This document shows positions 24,904-34,497 of a stretch of DNA of 64,000 nt, piece by piece. The DNA is from Nitrosopumilus sp. GTDB taxonomy: Archaea; Thermoproteota; Nitrososphaeria; Nitrososphaerales; Nitrosopumilaceae. The position numbers and the translations under genes were made by a program. Within the stretch, counting starts at the first letter, position 1. Every line of letters starts with the position of its first letter. Under the pieces are notes generated by a model. That model was not told the DNA's origin. It ran no database searches and worked only from the letters and a program-made list of their open reading frames with translations. The stretch lies in assembly GCA_965205215.1 (NCBI GenBank), contig OZ242041.1, forward strand, positions 1,440,001-1,504,000. The letters are read 5' to 3'.

Positions 24904-25551
24904 ATGGCTACGCTACTGGACAGGCAGATCCGGACAAACCGGACCGTGTCAATCACCATGCAGCACGCACGTGCCATAGGGGACCCGATACGCTCAAGGA
25001 TCTTATCCATGCTGTACGGCCAGACGCTGTCGGCAGAAGAGATCACAGCAGCGGTGAACAGGACGGGACCTGAAAAGGCGCTGTCGACTGTGCGACACCA
25101 CATAGACATCCTCAGGACGACGGGCCTCGTTGAGGTGATGAGGATAGTCGAGTCGCGCGGCGGGATTACGAAGTACTACGGGGCGTCCACGAGGTTGCTG
25201 GACCTCGAGGAACCTGAGAACTTTGAGTCTGCGTACTCGTCGGTGATAGACAGGACGGCAAGACGGCTGGAGGAGATTCTCGGCGGAGTTCTCTCAGATA
25301 TTGCCGCGTCCGGAAACGGCGGCAGGCCTACTGCCGAGTATTCGGCGTACCTGGTGGTGGAGATAATGAACCGCGCCATTACCAAGGTGCTTGAGAAGGG
25401 AAAGAGGCGCAAGCGGCAGGGGAGTGGCCGAAAGGCCACGCGGCAGGCCTCGTCTAGAAAGGCGGATTCGCGTGGGGAGAAAACAACGGCAAGTTCGCGG
25501 TCCGGTAACGACGGAGAGAACGCCGAAAAGGGAGAAACCGGCAACGGCTGA
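24904..25551 (+). CDS. ArsR-like winged-HTH transcriptional regulator
   Basis: AIGDPIRSRILSML, ALSTVRHHIDILRTTGLVEV, GGITKYY. Confidence 0.88.
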   Translation: MATLLDRQIRTNRTVSITMQHARAIGDPIRSRILSMLYGQTLSAEEITAAVNRTGPEKALSTVRHHIDILRTTGLVEVMRIVESRGGITKYYGASTRLLDLEEPENFESAYSSVIDRTARRLEEILGGVLSDIAASGNGGRPTAEYSAYLVVEIMNRAITKVLEKGKRRKRQGSGRKATRQASSRKADSRGEKTTASSRSGNDGENAEKGETGNG

Positions 25552-25699
25552 CATCTGTCCTGCGCATCGCCGTCAGTGACGGCGGGGGAATGCGCGGACC
25601 GGATTGTCGGTTGTGGGAGTTGCCTCTAGGGTGCACTGGTCACGGGGCCGGGCAGATTATATACTGCAGACTGCGCAGCGCGGTGGTGTTCTGGTGCAT

Positions 25700-26140
25700 A
25701 TGGCGCGTGTAAATGTCGATGCGGACTCGGTGAGGCACCTAGAGCGCCTGCTCTCGGGACGGAACCTGGTGTACGTAGCGACCGTAATGCCAGACGGCTC
25801 GCCGCAGGTGACGCCGGTCTGGGCAAACTGGGCTGACGGGTTCATAATGGTCAACACAGCCGAGGGCAGGACAAAGCACCGCAACGTTCTGCGCGATAAC
25901 AGGGTGGCCGTATCGGTCACGTCGGCCGACGATCCGTTGCAGATGGTGTCGGTCCGGGGCGTGGTCGAGGAGATGATCCCCGATTATGACTACAAGTACG
26001 CCGACATCCTGACGCGGCAGTATATGCCGGGGAAGGACAGGTACCCCTTCCGCCGCCCGGGTGAGAGGCGCACTACACTCCGGATAAGGCCCGTCAGCGT
26101 GTACGTCATGCCGGAGATACGGGCGGAGCCCGGCGACTGA
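25700..26140 (+). CDS. PPOX-class F420-dependent oxidoreductase (pyridoxamine 5'-phosphate oxidase family)
   Basis: VATVMPDGSPQVTPVW, NTAEGRTKHRNV.RDNRVAVSV. Confidence 0.9.
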   Translation: MARVNVDADSVRHLERLLSGRNLVYVATVMPDGSPQVTPVWANWADGFIMVNTAEGRTKHRNVLRDNRVAVSVTSADDPLQMVSVRGVVEEMIPDYDYKYADILTRQYMPGKDRYPFRRPGERRTTLRIRPVSVYVMPEIRAEPGD

Positions 26141-26145
26141 TCCGC

Positions 26146-26173
26146 ATGTTTCACAACTCGTATTTAGAAAGAT
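26146..26173. promoter_or_regulatory. 28-bp palindromic site copy 1 (ATGTTTCACAA-CTCGTA-TTTAGAAAGAT)
   Basis: 11-6-11 imperfect inverted repeat similar to copies at 27877 and 29424; function unknown. Confidence 0.6.
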
Positions 26174-26423
26174 TTGGTCGGTGCCCGGCAGTTGCCCGGA
26201 TCCGGCCTCATGCCCGCAGACGCTAAAATGCATTCGTCCTGACGGCACCGGCGCCTGGCGCCATGCGCTATCATTACCCATCGAATTTTTACGCTTTTAA
26301 TGAAAATCAAATAATTACGTTGGTAAGCAGTTGCGCGTCGATGGGACGGGACAAACTCGATTGATTGTGCCTATGTTCGCATACATATGCTCCTGTCGCC
26401 ATTTGACTCGCACATAGGCGTCG

Positions 26424-26915
26424 TCACTCAATGTGGCAGTTTGCAATGCATATGGAGCCTATGTCCTTGAAGTTCTGCTCCTTTTGCGGCCTTATCAGTA
26501 TGTCATACCTAGAGTCCTCATCAAACGGCACGTCAAACTGCGTGCTTCTCTCCACCACGTCGCCCGGCTCGAGCCACTCCACCAGCAGGTCCCTTTGCGA
26601 AAAGTTGCCGTATACAGCCTGGTGCCTCACGCTATCCTCTCCCTCGATGTAAAACTGGCCGCCCGAAAGGAGTGTCCTGTCCTCTCCCTTGTTCTCCGCC
26701 GTGAGTGCAACCATAACGTATACATGCTCTGGCTGCTCCTCCTTGTCGCCCATGTGGGTATTCTCAAACGACACCGTATACTCGACGGGCCCCACCATCA
26801 CGGGCTCGCCCGCGGAGACCTCGAGGTGGTCCGGCGTGTACTCTACGTACATGTAGCCTGCTATGATCATGGACGCTATTATTGCGCCAATGACTATTAC
26901 TACTATTGCAGCCAT
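26424..26915 (-). CDS. membrane-anchored DUF4352-like Ig-fold protein
   Basis: N-terminal TM helix; YVMVALTAENKG, QFYI, LEPG......FDVP pattern. Confidence 0.8.
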   Translation of the reverse strand: MAAIVVIVIGAIIASMIIAGYMYVEYTPDHLEVSAGEPVMVGPVEYTVSFENTHMGDKEEQPEHVYVMVALTAENKGEDRTLLSGGQFYIEGEDSVRHQAVYGNFSQRDLLVEWLEPGDVVERSTQFDVPFDEDSRYDILIRPQKEQNFKDIGSICIANCHIE

Positions 26916-27338
26916 GTGTCTCTCTCCGCCTTTGTCGTATAATATTCTTGAGATTGCCTCCCTCGACTCCCAAACATTGGATCAAATATCCGGATGGCAT
27001 TAGGCCCACATCTTGGTGGCATTAGAACCACGTGGGGGGGGGGGGATTTGGCCCTGTTTTGCCCCCTCTAGTGTACGTCTCCGATCTTCATTGGGATGTC
27101 AGGTGGAAAAGATCAGCTGCTAGCATGACGTTTTTTTGCGTGGAACCGTACGGGCGTGTGAAATCCAAGTCTGTTGGCTGCTTGTTGCAAGGCCTCCAAC
27201 GGTTTTTTGGCTGATTATTTTACGCGTTCTGCCATGTCATTGGGTCGGAATATCGTGGTTTGGTGAGCGTCTATCCTCCCGCCCTGCCGTATACGTATCG
27301 CGCCTCGTGTTTTCTACTAAGTAATCAGTAAAAACACC

Positions 27339-27539
27339 TTTGAGAGGGGGGTTTAGCTTTCACGCCTAGCATGAAACGATTGCACATCCCGGGCCCAGCT
27401 AGCGGGATGGTTTGACCCTTGGATCCCGTATGCAGGCGTGGAAGCTAAACCCCCCCTCAAAATTGCGTTTTCCAGATATTTGGGATTGTGCCTGAACGCG
27501 TGGAGCCGGGAGGGGGGTTTAGCTCTCAGGCGTGAAGCT
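27339..27539. repeat. G-string inverted/direct repeat cluster (GAGGGGGGTTTAGCT core)
   Basis: Near-perfect ~28-bp inverted pair 27339-27367 / 27434-27461 plus a third direct copy at 27510-27533. Confidence 0.85.
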
Positions 27540-27876
27540 GCAAAATGGGTGTTTGGGGGTACTGTCGGCGTTTTTTTTTGGACCTGCAGGACTGCGGCCA
27601 AAAATTGGCCTTTTGCATCCCCCTGTTGCGGGCTCCCCCCGCTTCCTGCCGAATGCCAGTTTGCAGATTGGCGGAAATGGGTTGTATGACATGTGTGGTT
27701 CGTGGTACACCCGGGATGTCGATGCTGGTAGTCTTGCAATAGTCATGGAATCGAGGTTGCGCTATGCCAAAGACATTGTGGAGTTCGGTCCTTGGTATTT
27801 GCAAAGTCGTTTGTAATGTGTTCTGACGTTGGTCTTTCGACAGCATGTCTGGCGTGTCACCGGCACTTGATTTTTG

Positions 27877-27904
27877 ATATTTCTAATTTCGAGTTTAGAA
27901 ATAT
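27877..27904. promoter_or_regulatory. 28-bp palindromic site copy 2 (ATATTTCTAAT-TTCGAG-TTTAGAAATAT)
   Basis: Arms match 10/11 as an inverted repeat around a 6-bp spacer. Confidence 0.7.
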
Positions 27905-28222
27905 TCATAATGGACGCGGCGGGTATTTTATGGAGCCGCCCCGTGCCGCGACACGATGTGCATGTACGTGCTGCTACACATGCGGGCATCGTTCTCCTTT
28001 CCGCGTCTTTCGCACGGTTTTGTGGGGGGCGCTTGGCGACATATGCAATAAACCGACATGCCTCCTGATGTTCTCGGGGTGCGTTTGGCATGTGCCTTGT
28101 ACGTATCATTCGTCGTGGCGGTGGCGGTGAAACCTGCATCATCCGGCCTGCAATGTATGCTGTTGTGGTGGGCAGAAAATGAAAAAACGACTGTGGTTCG
28201 ACGGCGTGTCGGCCCGTATGTG

Positions 28223-28624
28223 TCAGCACAGCGGGGGTATTTGGTCTGCCACGTCCGGCCCCTCTATGATTTCCATGCTCAGGCCGTCAGGATAGAAGCA
28301 GATGTACTCCATGTTTGTCACCGTACCGTCCGCACCCTGCTCTATCGTGAGCTGTGAACCGTCATATCCGGATACGATTATCAGCTTGGTTACACCGGAT
28401 TCAAGGCTCTCCGTCTCGACGTAGATGTCTCGATGCTTCTCCGCGAATGCCACTGCTGCAGGATACTCCATGACGTCTGATGGGAGCGTATCCATGTCCA
28501 TCGAGCCGGGTTCGTCCGTGTCGGGTGGCATGTCAAGCAGGGAAGGCGCAACGTATGAGCTGGCCGTGGCCACTATGATGCCTATGACCGTAATTGCGAT
28601 CAGCGCGATTAGCAATTTTCCCAT
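28223..28624 (-). CDS. membrane-anchored/secreted hypothetical protein
   Basis: N-terminal hydrophobic signal/anchor, acidic globular remainder; TATA-like GTTAAATA upstream. Confidence 0.75.
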   Translation of the reverse strand: MGKLLIALIAITVIGIIVATASSYVAPSLLDMPPDTDEPGSMDMDTLPSDVMEYPAAVAFAEKHRDIYVETESLESGVTKLIIVSGYDGSQLTIEQGADGTVTNMEYICFYPDGLSMEIIEGPDVADQIPPLC

Positions 28625-28824
28625 GCGCGCTGCTTGCCGCCTTTGTATTTAACCGCCAATCTTTGGTTCTTGTGCGATGTCGACACGCCCTGCATTGATG
28701 TCTGTTCTACTGGCACGCGTGTTCGAGTCTGTCTGTGGGTGTTTCAAGCTAATGCATACGGAAGTGACGAGCGGCCGTGATTGGGGGGGGGGGTGGAGAG
28801 GGTTGCGGCAGGCCCGGCTTTTGG

Positions 28825-29277
28825 CTACGTGGCGCGCCTGATGTGCTCCTTTACCTGGTCTGCTATCCTCGTTATCTGTCTCAGGGACTCAGAAAAGTCC
28901 GACTGATTCTGCCTGTCTGCAGAGTCAATTACGACGTATACGCCCACTATGTTGCGCCCGCTGTCCATCAAAAAGCGGTGCACCGCTCCAACGTAGTTGC
29001 AGTACTCTGTGATTCGCTCTCTCACCCTTTGCTGCTCAGATGCAGTCATGTTCAAAAACCGTTGGTTCAGCCTTGTGCCAAACGGGCACCTCCTGCCGAC
29101 CACTATTACGCCCGGCTGCTTGGCCGGCTCAAATATCTCGGTGTCTATGTCGCGTACGTTCGGGGGGCCGCTTATCACAACCTTGAATGAATGTTCGTCA
29201 TCCGGTTTTTGGTACTTGAATCTCAGGCCCTCGTGGATCAGCCAACGCTCTACGTTGTTCTGGATTCGCGATGTCAT
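28825..29277 (-). CDS. DUF2299-like protein
   Basis: MTSRIQNNVERWLIHEGL.F N-terminus resembles the thaumarchaeal DUF2299-type family; start trimmed. Confidence 0.7.
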   Translation of the reverse strand: MTSRIQNNVERWLIHEGLRFKYQKPDDEHSFKVVISGPPNVRDIDTEIFEPAKQPGVIVVGRRCPFGTRLNQRFLNMTASEQQRVRERITEYCNYVGAVHRFLMDSGRNIVGVYVVIDSADRQNQSDFSESLRQITRIADQVKEHIRRAT

Positions 29278-29423
29278 GATATGCGGGATCTGGCGCCACA
29301 ATGCAATATATGCCAAACATGTTGCAGATGATCGTACCGCGTGCTCGGCAGGGTTCCGTGGGGATTTTGGCGGCGTTGTGCGGATTTGTCCTCCCCGTGT
29401 GTCGCCGCTCCTCCATTTTGCCA

Positions 29424-29451
29424 ATGTTTCTAAATTCGAATTTGGAAACTT
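29424..29451. promoter_or_regulatory. 28-bp palindromic site copy 3 (ATGTTTCTAAA-TTCGAA-TTTGGAAACTT)
   Basis: 11-6-11 imperfect inverted repeat. Confidence 0.7.
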
Positions 29452-29481
29452 TGTGTGTTGCCTGCGTCTGGCGGATCCTGA

Positions 29482-29772
29482 TTATGTCTCGTAGTTGAGG
29501 TTGATCATCGAAAACTCGTCTGGCGGGAGCATCCACACGTGTTCGTCCTGAATCGGGGTTCCAAATGCAAGGAGCAACGCGATGGGTACGATAATCGCGG
29601 CAATCCACAGCGCAGTGAGTGTGGCACCTAGCAACAGGCAGTTTTTGGCCTTTGCCGGATCGTCTTGTTTCAGCGCAAAGTATGCTATGATGCCACCCAG
29701 CAGTTGGAGCGTCACAGGCAGCAGGAACCACCACCTGCTGCGGATTGTCTTTCCGCTGCTACTAAGTATCAT
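29482..29772 (-). CDS. small membrane protein, paralog 1 (RS.WWFLLP...GGIIAYF.L..DDP.KA.NCL)
   Basis: Shared motif with two downstream paralogs. Confidence 0.85.
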   Translation of the reverse strand: MILSSSGKTIRSRWWFLLPVTLQLLGGIIAYFALKQDDPAKAKNCLLLGATLTALWIAAIIVPIALLLAFGTPIQDEHVWMLPPDEFSMINLNYET

Positions 29773-30084
29773 GCTGTATGTGATGTGTGGTTGCTTAAGT
29801 AGTTATTTCTATCGACGCCTCAATCGGTTGCATCGGTATGCGCTCGCGGTACGTGCTGCAAGTCCTTTGTCGCCTACGTTCTGAAATTGAAACAAGAACT
29901 ATGGTTTGCTACGTGGTGCCATGCCTGTTCCTCTTATGGTGCGTGATCGAAACGGCGGGCAAACGCATCACAAAGAGGCGCGCGAAGGAAGCCTAATGGT
30001 CCATCAGATCTGCTGGAATTTGCCGGGATTGGAATCTCGCGGAGGTGCAACGTGACGTATGCGATGAGGCGCTACGCGCCGCGG

Positions 30085-30420
30085 TCACATGATCTGTATC
30101 GACGCGAACCACTCTACAATCTCGGAGAGCAGCCATGAAAAGAACCCTTCAATTGTGGACGCGTCGGGAGCGGCTTCCGCGCCAGACTGGTTGGCGTCTG
30201 CTGGATGTGGTGGTGATAATTCCGCCGCCGCCCTTTCTTCTTCCTCCCTGCACTTTGCAAGCTCCGCTTGATAGTCCTGTTCGACGCCGGCGGCTTCCAT
30301 GCTGTCGACTCCCATCTCGCATTCGGACCTGGTTTCTACGTATCCTTCCGGGGTGGGCATGCAGATGTCGCCTATGAGGCTGTATCCATCTCCACACGGA
30401 GACGCCATGCATGTGGGCAT
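30085..30420 (-). CDS. Cys-rich hypothetical protein, possibly a 5'-truncated remnant
   Basis: CGDGYSLIGDIC motif and amphipathic C-terminal FFSWLLSEIVEWF; in-frame stop shortly upstream and no signal peptide. Confidence 0.45.
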   Translation of the reverse strand: MPTCMASPCGDGYSLIGDICMPTPEGYVETRSECEMGVDSMEAAGVEQDYQAELAKCREEEERAAAELSPPHPADANQSGAEAAPDASTIEGFFSWLLSEIVEWFASIQIM

Positions 30421-30963
30421 GACGCAGTCTATTTGTGCGTTGTTCTTTGCACTTGTTCGGGTGCCTCGCTGAGATTGTGCATGACGGCGTCACACTTTAC
30501 CCAAAACCAGGCCCGGACTGAACCCGTATTCTTTAACGGATACGGTAAGATTTCGCATGCATGTCGCCACGGCGTTTGCCGCATGCGCGACGGCCGCCGA
30601 CACCAAGCGGCGCGGCGCCGTATTGTGCGTCTCGTGCTGCTGTTTGCATGCTCTGCCGTCGAGGCCACGGCTGGCGGGGATTTAGAAAAATGGTCCGAGT
30701 TCTGCATCCCCTTGGTGTCGATCATCGCGCAGGCCCACCACCACGTTGCGCCCGCTTTCTGCCAACAAGTGAGTATTGCGCCGCGGAGTCGTAGCGCCTC
30801 CGTGATTCACTCCGGCATCCCTGACACTCCGACATCGTCATGCTCGGAAACCGTTGGATGTGCTTGAGGCTCTCGTTCTCCTTTTTCGTGGCCCTCGACG
30901 GATCTGTCTTGTCCGAATGTGTTGTGTTCGCGTTTCCGCATCCTGTGAGCCTCTGCCTCTGGG

Positions 30964-31149
30964 CTACCCTGGCAGCACATATGCAAGTGCTATGTGTATC
31001 ACAAGCAGTACGGCGCCCAGCATGAGACAGTTTCTGGCCTTTTGCGGATCGTCGTGCCGCAGCACAAAGTATGCGATTATTCCGCCCACTATGGTGAGTA
31101 GTATGGGGAGCAGAAACCACCAATTGCTCCGTCTTTTCTCGTTGTACAT
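30964..31149 (-). CDS. small membrane protein, paralog 2
   Basis: MYNEKRRSNWWFLLP...; TATA GTTATAT ~25 bp upstream. Confidence 0.85.
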   Translation of the reverse strand: MYNEKRRSNWWFLLPILLTIVGGIIAYFVLRHDDPQKARNCLMLGAVLLVIHIALAYVLPG

Positions 31150-31447
31150 GACTCTGGACTGGCGGGTCTGCATATAACCGTTGGAGAACGCCGCGGACCG
31201 GTATCCTGCGGGAACAGCTTTGGGCTCCACCTTCGCGCGGATCACTTGCATACCCCTCGGAGCCTGACGCGCGTATGCCCATCCGCCAACAGCGCGCCGC
31301 GCGGCAGGTTGGCTAGCAGCTGCTGTCTATGGCCCGTTTTGGCCTTGTGCTGGGATCCGGCTCATGTCGGCGTCTTGAGGCCGTCGACTCGAGGCCTTAT
31401 GCGGCCTGATAAGTAAATAAAAAATTACGTCCTTCGTAGTGCGCGTG

Positions 31448-31648
31448 CTAGTCTGCTGCCGGCAGCGCGTCCAATCCGAAGCCTAATACTATCGGTATTG
31501 CAAGCAATACTGCACCAAGCATAAGGCAGTTCCTGGCCTTTTGCGGATCGTCGTGCCGCAGCACAAAGTATGCGATTATTCCTCCAACTATGTTCAGGAA
31601 TATCGGCAACAGGAACCACCAGTTACTCCGAGTCGTTTGGATCTGCAT
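31448..31648 (-). CDS. small membrane protein, paralog 3
   Basis: MQIQTTRSNWWFLLP...; ~50 bp identical to paralog 2. Confidence 0.85.
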   Translation of the reverse strand: MQIQTTRSNWWFLLPIFLNIVGGIIAYFVLRHDDPQKARNCLMLGAVLLAIPIVLGFGLDALPAAD

Positions 31649-31761
31649 GATGCCAGGTCACCAAGTGTGCTTTTAACCGCTTCGTATGTGTCAGAACACG
31701 GCCTGTGATGTGCGGGGGTGGCCGCCCATTGCCATTCTGTACTCTTCGAAGAGCGGCAGAG

Positions 31762-34173
31762 TTATCTGCATATTCTGACGGGCGTTGTCGACTCGATCGT
31801 CTCAGACGCGGAATCAAAGACCAGCAGGGAGACGGACTCTCCCCCTGTCGTGCGATAAACGCTGTAGTTTACCGAGTTTGCGTCCAGGTCGCCGTTCTCG
31901 TTGAATACAAGCGGCACCCCCAGCGCGGTGGGTTGCACCGCGTTCTGGTAAATGCCGCTGCTTGCGCGCGCAAGAGGAACGTTGCCAGTCACGCCGCCCT
32001 CCCTTTGCAATACCTCTATCAGAAGCCGAGTCGCGTCGTACGCGTGGTACGAGTAGATGTTTGCGCCCGGAGCCTCGGAAGCTATGCGCGCGTTTAGCGC
32101 GTTGGGTTCATGCTTGACGGTCACCGACGTGTATCCGACCCTCTCGATCCATTGTGTGATGCCTGCGTTGTCGGCCTGCGACCTGATGTTAATCCCGTAC
32201 CACCTGCCTTCCTGCAGGCGTGGGTCGGATGCGGCGGACCTGACTATGTCGTCTTCCTCCCCAAAGGACAACAACATCACCGCCGTGCTGGGCGCGTCCC
32301 CTGCGCCCGCAGCGCCAAGCGCGTCGGCGAGGCGGTCCGTCACTGTAGAATAGTCAGCGGTACCGGGCGCGTACGCGACGCCGTCAATCAGCGCGATGCC
32401 GGTACGCTCTGCAACGATGTCGTACATGGACGCGCTGGTTATCCTGCCCCATGCGTCGTCCCTGTGCACGACTATGAGGTTCTCGATTCCGTCTTGTGCC
32501 ATTATCTCTGCGTATACCTTTGAGGTGGCCGTGTTGTCTGGCAGTACGCGGAATATGTTGTCGTCCGGGGTGCTGAACTCGGGTGAGCCCGACCCATAGC
32601 TTACGGCTATGATGTTGCCGCTGCTGAGCGCCGCTATGCTCCCGACTCCCCCGCTGTACGCGGGCCCGACTATCGCGTTTGAGCCGAGTGCCTCGAGGGC
32701 TCTTGCCTGCTGTGCGGTGCGTGACGGATCGGTGCCGTCGTCGCGCTTTATCAGGTCTATCCTGTAGTCGGTCCCGGCCCTGAACTGCTCTATGTTAAAG
32801 TCGGACACGGCGAGGCTTATGGCGGCGCTTGCGGGCTCCATCACCCATGCAAGCTCTCCGGTCTCCGACACGATTGCGCCAAGCTTCCGCCTCTCCGGCT
32901 CCGAGAACGGGGCGAGCTCAGTTATGCCGTGGTGGTCTGGATCATACTCTTGCGTGATGACGAATTTGCCGTTTCTTATCTCCGATATGTGGACGTCCCT
33001 CTCTGCAGCGTCGCCGTACTCATCGAAATTCGCGTCTATGCCGCGCGCAGACACGGGCGAATAGTCCTGGGCGGCCCGATCCATGTTCTGCCTTATGGTG
33101 GCCGTGTCAGTGGCCGAGCCTGCGCTGTCGATGGCCCTTCCTAGTATCTGGACTGTAGAGTACGCGTCGTACGTCAGGGCCGCCAAGGCATGGCCCAGCA
33201 GGCTGTCGAGGCGTATGTTAAGCTCGTTTTCGTGTATGCCCGTCTCGATTCCCCTGTAGCCGGTCTTTTCCATGAACTGCAGCACCCTTTTGCTGCCTTC
33301 GATGCCGGGCTGCAGTGTTCCGGTTCCGTAGAACGTGGTCTTGCCTATGGCCGAGTCGTCCCTCGTGTCCAGGCCTGCCATTATCCCGAGTACCCCCGCG
33401 CTGGAGGGAATCCCGGTGACAAAGATTCCGACGTTCTCGTGGTTGTCGGTACTTTGGAGTATCTGGATCATCTCGCCCCGTATCCTCCCGGCGTCGCCTG
33501 CTATGCTGTTGCCAAACTTGATAGAACCCAGCATGGACATGCCGTCCACGTCCTCGATCATCCTGTATATTGTCGAGTTGAATGTCTGTCCCACCCGAAA
33601 GTCCAGGAACAGGTTGATGATCTCGGTCTTGCCGTCCTGCTGCATTACGTTTACGAACGCGTCTGCCACGTTGTTGTACGCGGAGGCCGTCCTGAATATG
33701 TTGTCGCGCAGGGAGAGATCCGGCAGTCCGGAGCTGGATGTGACTACTATCATGTTGTTCTGATGTATTGTGCGGTATGCGTCAGCGACCCCCGCGTCGC
33801 CTATGAATCCGGCCACCGCCTTTATCCCCTTTGCGTTCAGGCCGTTGATTGCACCCGTCGTGTCGCGGGCGTCACGTATCGTGACAAATTCTGCTGCCAG
33901 CCGCCAGTCTCGTCCATCTCTGGCCAGTTTCTTGTTAAAGTCCTCCAGCGCGATCTCGAATGTGAGCTCCATTCTCTCGGCTACGTCCGGATTGTCTTGG
34001 ATTACGATTATGCCGATTGTCCTGATCTCGGGCTGCTGCTCTTGTGCATGCGCCACCTGCTCTGCCACATGCGGCAGTGCTCCTGCCGCGGCCAGAATCA
34101 AGGCGGTTGCGGCAACTGCTGCCACGGCCGGCACCGCGTATCGGGGGTTGCTATGTTTCAAACCCACATCCAT
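31762..34173 (-). CDS. secreted protein with two type-1 periplasmic-binding (LivJ/ANF-receptor-like) domains
   Basis: Signal peptide; duplicated features: DNIFRTA/DNIFRVLP, DDGTDP, IVGPAYSG, RDDAWG, YDAY/AYDA, FDEYGD/FNENGD. Confidence 0.88.
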   Translation of the reverse strand: MDVGLKHSNPRYAVPAVAAVAATALILAAAGALPHVAEQVAHAQEQQPEIRTIGIIVIQDNPDVAERMELTFEIALEDFNKKLARDGRDWRLAAEFVTIRDARDTTGAINGLNAKGIKAVAGFIGDAGVADAYRTIHQNNMIVVTSSSGLPDLSLRDNIFRTASAYNNVADAFVNVMQQDGKTEIINLFLDFRVGQTFNSTIYRMIEDVDGMSMLGSIKFGNSIAGDAGRIRGEMIQILQSTDNHENVGIFVTGIPSSAGVLGIMAGLDTRDDSAIGKTTFYGTGTLQPGIEGSKRVLQFMEKTGYRGIETGIHENELNIRLDSLLGHALAALTYDAYSTVQILGRAIDSAGSATDTATIRQNMDRAAQDYSPVSARGIDANFDEYGDAAERDVHISEIRNGKFVITQEYDPDHHGITELAPFSEPERRKLGAIVSETGELAWVMEPASAAISLAVSDFNIEQFRAGTDYRIDLIKRDDGTDPSRTAQQARALEALGSNAIVGPAYSGGVGSIAALSSGNIIAVSYGSGSPEFSTPDDNIFRVLPDNTATSKVYAEIMAQDGIENLIVVHRDDAWGRITSASMYDIVAERTGIALIDGVAYAPGTADYSTVTDRLADALGAAGAGDAPSTAVMLLSFGEEDDIVRSAASDPRLQEGRWYGINIRSQADNAGITQWIERVGYTSVTVKHEPNALNARIASEAPGANIYSYHAYDATRLLIEVLQREGGVTGNVPLARASSGIYQNAVQPTALGVPLVFNENGDLDANSVNYSVYRTTGGESVSLLVFDSASETIESTTPVRICR

Positions 34174-34497
34174 CTATGTGGCCCTGTCGGAATAGCCTAA
34201 TAGCATTTATTATCCTTCGGGTATGCGTTCGGGCCGACTGAAATTTTATACCCGTAGTTACGGTATGCACGATACTCGGGAGCTGATCTAGAATCGGCCT
34301 GTGTGTGCCCTTCCAGTTCTGCCTGGGTTCCCTAGCCGGACGGAGGTTCCGGCGGTGGTCTTGGGAGGGGCATTGGAGCTAGCTGCGGGGCTGTAGATGC
34401 ACACCATCTCATCTCGAGTCACCTCTGGATTACTTTGCCGCCGCTGCCGCCGCCGGTTCGGCAACGGTTTATGTGCGGCCCGCACGCGCGCGGCGTC

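Noticed and set aside
28030-29350. Weak similarity between 28034-28090 and 29291-29350
   Set aside because: The match is too gapped to distinguish from chance by eye
26000-32000. CRISPR array or integron
   Set aside because: There is no regular repeat-spacer period, no cas or integrase gene, and no attC-like GTTRRRY pairs recognised
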